Positions 58,326-64,000 of a stretch of 64,000 nucleotides of DNA are shown in pieces. This stretch comes from Alphaproteobacteria bacterium. GTDB lineage: Bacteria > Pseudomonadota > Alphaproteobacteria > SP197. The stretch spans positions 2,048,001 to 2,112,000 of the forward strand of contig OZ219747.1 in the NCBI GenBank assembly GCA_964291265.2, written 5' to 3'. Below the pieces are notes generated by a model. That model was not told the DNA's origin. It saw only the letters and a list, made by a program, of their open reading frames with translations, and did not search any database. The position numbers were made by a program, and so were the translations under genes. Position 1 is the stretch's first letter. Each line of letters opens with the position of its first letter.

Positions 58326-59847
58326 TCATGTCGCGATAGACATCGGCGATGGCGGCGGGCGCCGCCTCGTCGAGAAGCATCTTGCTCGTGACGGTGGAGA
58401 ATTGCCGATAGTCGGAGGCGATGAGACCGTAGGCCGACAGGACGCCGGCGTGGGGTGGCACGATCACGGTGGTCATGCCGAGGTCCGCGGCGACATGTGC
58501 CGCGTGAAGAGGGCCGGCGCCCCCGAAGGCGACAAGGGCGTGGTCTCTCGGATCCTTGCCACGCTCGGTGGATACGATCTGCATGGCGCGCACGATGGAA
58601 GCGTCGGCGACACGGATGGCGGCATCGCAGATGTCCTCGAGGCCCATGGCGAGGGAGTCTGCCAGGGGCCGGAAGGCCTCGCGCGAGGCCTGCTCGTCGA
58701 TCGCCATGCGTCCGCCCAGAAAGGACTCGGGTTTCAGGGTTCCGCGAATGACATGGGCATCGGTGACCGTTGGCCGTGTTCCGCCACGGCCATAGCAGGC
58801 CGGGCCGGGATCCGCCCCGGCGCTGACCGGACCGGCGCGCAGCATGCCGCCGCCGTCGATCCAGATGATCGATCCGCCGCCCGCGCCAATCGTGTTGATG
58901 TCGATGATCGGGGTGCGCACCGGAAGGCCGCCAAGGGCGAACTCTGCGGTGAGCTCGGGTTCCCCTTCGGTCACGAGACAGACGTCGGTGGAGGTTCCTC
59001 CCATGTCCAGGGTGACGAGATTCCGGTAGCCGGACCTGCCGGCCTGGCGGATGGCGCCTGTGACGCCGGCGGCCGGCCCCGAGAGCAGGGAGGTGATCGC
59101 GTTGCGTCTCATGCCTTCCGCCGGCAGGCGGCCACCGTTCGACTGCATGACCGAAAAGTGTCCGGCGAACCCGTCTTGCGACAGGCGCTTCTCGAAGCGT
59201 TCGAGGTAGCGGTTGATGATCGGCTGGACATAGGCCGACAATGTCGTCGTCGATGCCCGCTCGTACTCCCGGAACTCCCGGGTGACGGCAGATGAGCAGG
59301 CGATCTCGAGGCCCTGGCAGTTGCGGGCGATGATCGACTGCAGTTCCTCCTCGTGGGCGGGATTGGCGTAGCCGTTCAGGAGGCAGATGGCGACGGCCTC
59401 GTAGCCGCCTTCGCGAAGATGGGGGACGAGGTCCCGTTCGACGGCCGCGGCGTCGAGCGGCACCAGCACGCTGCCGTCGGCAAGAATGCGTTCCGTCACC
59501 TCGAATGAGTCCCGTCGCCGGACCACCGGTTGAGGCTTGCGGTAGGTGAGATCGTAGACGCGCGAGCGGTTGTGCCGCTGCATGATGAGGATGTCGCGAA
59601 AACCGCTGGTCGTGACAAAGGCGATGCGCGCCCCCTTGCGCTCGAGCACCGCGTTGGTGGCAATCGTCGAGCCGTGCACCAGATCGTCGATCCCCGATAC
59701 CGGCACCTGCGATTCGACGATGGCGTCGAAGGCGCCCTCGTCCGGGCTTTGGGGCACCGACGGCACCTTGGCAATGGTGATGGCGCCGTCGGCGTCAATG
59801 GCCACGAGGTCCGTGAAGGTTCCCCCGACCTCGACTCCCACACGCAT
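57832..59847 (-). CDS. Hydantoinase/oxoprolinase family protein (A subunit)
   Basis: EVGGTFTD, HGSTIATNA, EYERASTT, SGPAAGV, DMGGTSTD, GAGGGS, FGGAGPLHA. Confidence 0.92.
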   Translation of the reverse strand: MRVGVEVGGTFTDLVAIDADGAITIAKVPSVPQSPDEGAFDAIVESQVPVSGIDDLVHGSTIATNAVLERKGARIAFVTTSGFRDILIMQRHNRSRVYDLTYRKPQPVVRRRDSFEVTERILADGSVLVPLDAAAVERDLVPHLREGGYEAVAICLLNGYANPAHEEELQSIIARNCQGLEIACSSAVTREFREYERASTTTLSAYVQPIINRYLERFEKRLSQDGFAGHFSVMQSNGGRLPAEGMRRNAITSLLSGPAAGVTGAIRQAGRSGYRNLVTLDMGGTSTDVCLVTEGEPELTAEFALGGLPVRTPIIDINTIGAGGGSIIWIDGGGMLRAGPVSAGADPGPACYGRGGTRPTVTDAHVIRGTLKPESFLGGRMAIDEQASREAFRPLADSLAMGLEDICDAAIRVADASIVRAMQIVSTERGKDPRDHALVAFGGAGPLHAAHVAADLGMTTVIVPPHAGVLSAYGLIASDYRQFSTVTSKMLLDEAAPAAIADVYRDMTRRAVERFVLMGLGSRPRMSFVADMRFVGQAFEVAVPMDPPSGLTTSGLRTRFADEHHRVFMHGGDASRPIEIVAFRLGVSAPLEDVPALKEEPGNEGIPFQPSRYHDQGEWRDGVIGHRTAMVPGAALAGPALIEDDTATIAVPDGWSATRDRHHNLVLTRAG

Positions 59848-60255
59848 GGCTCATTCCCCGGCTGCCGGCGGCAGCAGTGTAGTCAATGAAGGCCGATCGC
59901 AGCCAGGCGAACCGGCAGGCATGCGACACCGTCGCGCCACTCTCGGCACTCGTGACTGTCCACACCCTCGTCGCTTTCTCGAATGAACCCGGGAGATCCA
60001 CGTCAGCTTGATGATGGAGACAAGGTTCAGACGTCCTGACCTCGTGAGTTGACTTGATCCGTCCGGACCTTCTTTTTTTCCAACACAATGAACGGGTTTC
60101 CCAGTTTTTTGCTTGACACCATAGCCGCACCTTCGGTGCTGAACGGAACTGTAACCCACTGAAACAAAAAGCGTTCTCTCTCACGACATTCCGCCGGGGA
60201 AGCGGATTCATGCCGTTTCCGTACCCCCGGTGCAACAGGAATCGGGGAGAATGCC

Positions 60256-61392
60256 ATGCTGAAGACTCGCCTCACGCAACGACGGGTCGATGCCCTCAAA
60301 CCAACCGGAAAGACCCGTGACATTCGCGACTCCGACATCCGGGGCTTTGGTGTGCGTGTCCTGCCGTCAGGTCGCAAGAGCTACTTCCTCCACAGCCAGG
60401 TCGACGGCAAGAGGGTCTGGCAATCCATAGGAGACGCCGGGACCATGACCCTGGAGTGCGCCCGGGAGCGGGTGACCTCTCTCCTGGCGTCACGGTCCCA
60501 CGGTGACGAAGCTTCGCCTTCCGTCGCCGCATCCCTCCTGTTCGAGGATATCGCGGACGAAGTCTTCCGGCGCTACCAGCGGCACTGGAAGCCGAGCACG
60601 CTGGAGGTCAACCGCTGCTACTACAGGAACCATATCCTGCCGCGGTTCAAGGGCCGCGCCATAGACGAGATCACGCGACACGACGTTCAGCGCTGGTTCG
60701 CGTCGCTCCACGCGACGCCTGTGGCTGCGGACCGCTCGGCGCCGGTTCTGTCGGTGATCCTGCGTCAGGCGGAGGTCTACGGCTATCGCCCGGAGGGATC
60801 CAACCCATATACCGGCATCAAGCGTTACCGTCGGCGCAATCGCGAGAGATTCCTTGACGACGACGAGGTCCGACGGTTGAGCCGCGCTCTCGACAAGAGG
60901 CCTGCGAAGCAATCTCTCCTGGTCGCGATCGTGCGGTTGCTGCTTCTCACCGGTGCCCGGAAGTCCGAGATTCTGACACTCAAATGGTTGGACTATCGCG
61001 AGGGCAAGCTCTATCTGCGCGACAGCAAGACAGGGCCTCGCACGGTCTGGCTGTCATCGCATGCGCGCCGGATCCTGGACGGGCTGCCCCGAAGCAGCGC
61101 CTGGATCTTCCCCTCCCGTCGCGGGGACCGTTGTCTGTCGAAGAGCGCACTCGGCCGCTTTTGGTGTGACGTGCGTACAGAAGCGGACATCACGGATGTT
61201 CGCCTTCACGATCTGCGACATACATATGCCTCCGTGGCCATTGCCCATGGCGAGACGGTCCTCACCATCGGCCGGCTTCTGGGCCACAACAATCCCGCCA
61301 CCACTCTGAAGTACATGCATCTTGCCGACGCCTCGGTCCACGAGGCGGCAGAGGCTCTCGGTTCGATCCTGGGCGGGAGGGATCAGGCATGA
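60256..61392 (+). CDS. Tyrosine recombinase/integrase 1 (with arm-binding N-domain)
   Basis: GFGVRV.PSGRKS; TGARKSE, DSKTG, HDLRH, LLGH, TLKY. Confidence 0.92.
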   Translation: MLKTRLTQRRVDALKPTGKTRDIRDSDIRGFGVRVLPSGRKSYFLHSQVDGKRVWQSIGDAGTMTLECARERVTSLLASRSHGDEASPSVAASLLFEDIADEVFRRYQRHWKPSTLEVNRCYYRNHILPRFKGRAIDEITRHDVQRWFASLHATPVAADRSAPVLSVILRQAEVYGYRPEGSNPYTGIKRYRRRNRERFLDDDEVRRLSRALDKRPAKQSLLVAIVRLLLLTGARKSEILTLKWLDYREGKLYLRDSKTGPRTVWLSSHARRILDGLPRSSAWIFPSRRGDRCLSKSALGRFWCDVRTEADITDVRLHDLRHTYASVAIAHGETVLTIGRLLGHNNPATTLKYMHLADASVHEAAEALGSILGGRDQA

Positions 61393-62552
61393 CACGCAAG
61401 ATGCGTCTGAGTGATCGTGTCGTTTCCCGGCTGGTGGCCGCACCGGGCGAATTCACTGTCTGGGACACGCGGATCACGGGCCTTGGTGTCAGGGTGCGGC
61501 CTTCCGGTCACAAGTCCTTCGTTCTCCTGGACAACGGCAATGGCTCCTCGAAACGCAGAACTCTGGGTTCCGCGACTCATATGACTGTCGACAAGGCCCG
61601 CTCCCGGTGTCTCGCCATCCAGTCCGGCGCCCTTAAATCCGTGACGGACACGCCACCGTCTCCTCTCTTCGGCGACTTTGTCGAAGATGTCTGGTGCTCG
61701 GAGTGTTTCGATCGATTCAAGCCGTCCACCCAGCGGACCACCGTGACCGCACTCAAGGCTCAACTCCTGCCAGCCTTTGGCGCCATGCCGCTTGACCGGA
61801 TCACACGCAAGGAGGTGATGGCGTGGTTCGACCACTACAGCGGGGCGGCGCCAAGCGGCGCCAACCGCGCTCTCGACACGTTGGGCCAGATCCTCAATCA
61901 CGCCAAGGTCCACGGCCATCTTGAGACCAACCCTGCACGAGGCATTCGCCGCAACCCGCAACGCCGGTTCAACCGGTTCCTGTCCCGGGACGAAACCCGT
62001 CGCCTACATGCCGAACTGGACCGACTGGTCGCAGAACGCCCCGAGCGGACAGCGCAGGCGGACATCATTCGTCTTTTGTTCTATACGGGATGTCGTCTGA
62101 GTGAGATTCGAAGGCTCAAGTGGTGCGAGGTCTGCGCCGATACTCTCGATCTTGAGGACAGCAAGACCGGACCACGAAAAGTCTACCTCAACAGCAAGGC
62201 CCGCCGGATCATCGCTCGTCAGCCCCGGACAGGCAGCGATCATGTCTTTCCATCGCCCCTTGATCCGACCGTACCCATATCGAGCGTCCAGCAGCTGTGG
62301 ATCACCCTCCGCGAACGGGTCGGAATCGAGGATGTGCGTCTGCATGACCTGCGACACAATTTCGCCAGCCAGGCTGTCCTCAACGGTGTGCCGCTTCCGA
62401 CCGTGTCGAGACTCCTTGGTCACCGGCAGGTTTCGATGACCCTGCGATACGCACACGTGGCGGACAGCGAAGTCGAAGCCGCTGCCGAACGGATCGGCGA
62501 AGGAATCGACGCCATATGTCGTTCGAGGACGCACAATCCACCACGACCATGA
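61389..62552 (+). CDS. Tyrosine recombinase/integrase 2 (paralog, ATGA-coupled)
   Basis: GLGVRVRPSGHKS; TGCRLSE, DSKTG, HDLRH, LLGH, TLRY. Confidence 0.92.
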   Translation: MTRKMRLSDRVVSRLVAAPGEFTVWDTRITGLGVRVRPSGHKSFVLLDNGNGSSKRRTLGSATHMTVDKARSRCLAIQSGALKSVTDTPPSPLFGDFVEDVWCSECFDRFKPSTQRTTVTALKAQLLPAFGAMPLDRITRKEVMAWFDHYSGAAPSGANRALDTLGQILNHAKVHGHLETNPARGIRRNPQRRFNRFLSRDETRRLHAELDRLVAERPERTAQADIIRLLFYTGCRLSEIRRLKWCEVCADTLDLEDSKTGPRKVYLNSKARRIIARQPRTGSDHVFPSPLDPTVPISSVQQLWITLRERVGIEDVRLHDLRHNFASQAVLNGVPLPTVSRLLGHRQVSMTLRYAHVADSEVEAAAERIGEGIDAICRSRTHNPPRP

Positions 62553-62706
62553 GATCAGCATCACCTCCTCACTGCGCGAGATGGATGACCCGATCCACGT
62601 GCCGCACGGTGTCTTGCACGGGTCGATTCCTTGACGACCTCCCCGGCCTCGGTGCATTCAGTTGGCATCGTACGAGTGCCGGTGTGAAGGACGATCGACT
62701 GACCGC

Positions 62707-64000
62707 ATGAACGCTGTGTTGCCCGAACCCGGCCGGATCGCTCTCGTGCGCCAACGCCGGTACCTTGTCGAGCACGTGACGCAATCTCCCGGTGGCAGTG
62801 ACGCGACGCTGGTTGATCTCAACTGCCTCGATGACGATGCCCAGGGTGAACCGCTTTCGGTACTGTGGGAACACGAGGTCGAGGCCCGCGTCCTCGAAGA
62901 CGACGGCTGGTCCTCGGTCGCCCGGAACGGCTTCGACGAACCGGCCCTCTTTGCCGCCTGGCTGCGTGCGCTTTCCTGGAACTGTGTGACGGCAACGGAC
63001 CCCGATCTCTTCCAGGCGCCGTTCCGGGCAGGGGTGAGGATCGACGCCTACCAGTTGGCGCCGTTGAGGAAGGCGTTGCGGCTGCCACGGGTGAACCTCT
63101 TCATCGCGGACGATGTCGGACTCGGCAAGACCATCGAGGCCGGGCTGATCGCCCGTGAGTTGCTGCTGCGGCGCCGGATTGACCGGATCGTGGTGTGCTG
63201 CCCTCCATCGATGCTCGATCAATGGCATGACGAGATGGAAGCCCGGTTCGGCCTCTCCTTTGTCATTCTCGACCGCCTCTACGTTACACGCATGCGCCGG
63301 GAACGGGGTTTCTCGGTCAATCCCTGGACCACCCATTCGCGGTTCCTGATTTCCCACCGCCTCCTGGTTGACCCAACCTACGCCTCGGGATTGCAGGACT
63401 GGCTCGGCGAACTCGCACCGCAGTCCCTGCTCATCCTCGATGAAGCTCACAACGTTGCCCCGTCGAGCGGTGCGCGCTACGCCATCGACTCCCAGATCAC
63501 ACGAGCCATCCGGGATATCGCGCCGCGGTTCGAGCACCGACTGTTTCTCTCGGCAACACCTCACAACGGGCACTCGAACAGCTTCTCCGCCCTGCTGGAG
63601 ATTCTCGATCCCCAGAGGTTCTGTCGCGGTGTTCCCGTCCTCAAGAGCCATCTGGATGACGTGTTGATCAGGCGCCTCAAGTCGGACATCCGCGAACTTC
63701 AGGGCGGATTTCCGAAGCGCACGGTCCGACCCGTCACCATCGATCACCTGCCCGACGATGCACCCGAACTGCGGCTGGCGGAGATGCTCGAGGAGTATCG
63801 GTCCTTGCGAGAGAAGAGACTTTCGCAGGAGTCCCGGTCCCGCCAGGCCGCCGGCGCTCTTGTCATCGGCGGACTGCAGAAGCGCCTTCTCTCATCCATC
63901 GACGCCTTCGCGCGCACGCTCGCGGTGCACCGCAGAAGTGTGGTGCGGGCCCTCGAGAAGGAGGAACCCGCGTCGACCCTCTCGGACGGAACCCATGCCG
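62707..64000 (+). CDS. drmD: SNF2-like helicase, DISARM DrmD-like (runs off window)
   Basis: Not in the ORF track. Manual translation: VRQRRYLVE...CLDDDAQGE...FQAPFRAG..IDAYQL...LPRVNLFIADDVGLGKTIEAG...ILDEAH...LSATPHNG. Confidence 0.8.
   Translation, partial: MNAVLPEPGRIALVRQRRYLVEHVTQSPGGSDATLVDLNCLDDDAQGEPLSVLWEHEVEARVLEDDGWSSVARNGFDEPALFAAWLRALSWNCVTATDPDLFQAPFRAGVRIDAYQLAPLRKALRLPRVNLFIADDVGLGKTIEAGLIARELLLRRRIDRIVVCCPPSMLDQWHDEMEARFGLSFVILDRLYVTRMRRERGFSVNPWTTHSRFLISHRLLVDPTYASGLQDWLGELAPQSLLILDEAHNVAPSSGARYAIDSQITRAIRDIAPRFEHRLFLSATPHNGHSNSFSALLEILDPQRFCRGVPVLKSHLDDVLIRRLKSDIRELQGGFPKRTVRPVTIDHLPDDAPELRLAEMLEEYRSLREKRLSQESRSRQAAGALVIGGLQKRLLSSIDAFARTLAVHRRSVVRALEKEEPASTLSDGTHA

Noticed and set aside
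59850-60255. tRNA/tmRNA/SRP integration target upstream of the integrases
   Set aside because: No cloverleaf, T-loop plus CCA end, or SRP motif could be built.

Overview
High-GC window from an alphaproteobacterium. Positions 1-25.9 kb are mostly housekeeping and metabolic genes: tdm-like DUF1989-GcvT, acyl-CoA dehydrogenase, NDUFA12-mlaD-DUF2155-aat-accCB-aroQ-bepA, rne, amiC, mrcA, frameshifted prfB, BCAT, pyrD and an AlkA-like glycosylase. Positions 26-28.4 kb hold a type III Mod remnant plus an ABC-ATPase/PD-(D/E)XK pair, a candidate defence module. Positions 28.8-35.5 kb carry an M81-acylase-GH3 operon and an OpuAC-family binding protein. Positions ~36-57 kb form a sulfur island (aprMBA divergent from sat, plus a phosphoesterase) bracketed by a ~1.2-kb imperfect direct repeat of host DNA. 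The aprM-sat intergenic region contains a 15-kb nested stack of mobile elements that can be fully resolved from IRs and TSDs. A DUF4338-fused ISAs1 contains (a) a 5.3-kb IS21-like element with Zn-finger, Toprim/primase-like and small cargo genes and (b) an IS1634. The IS1634 contains an IS66 carrying a Dam-like methyltransferase, which contains a second IS66, whose transposase is split by a 660-nt ORF-less group II intron; removing the intron restores the reading frame exactly. The window ends with two overlapping tyrosine integrases and the 5' part of a DISARM DrmD-like helicase. All calls come from motif recognition by eye; no database search was run.
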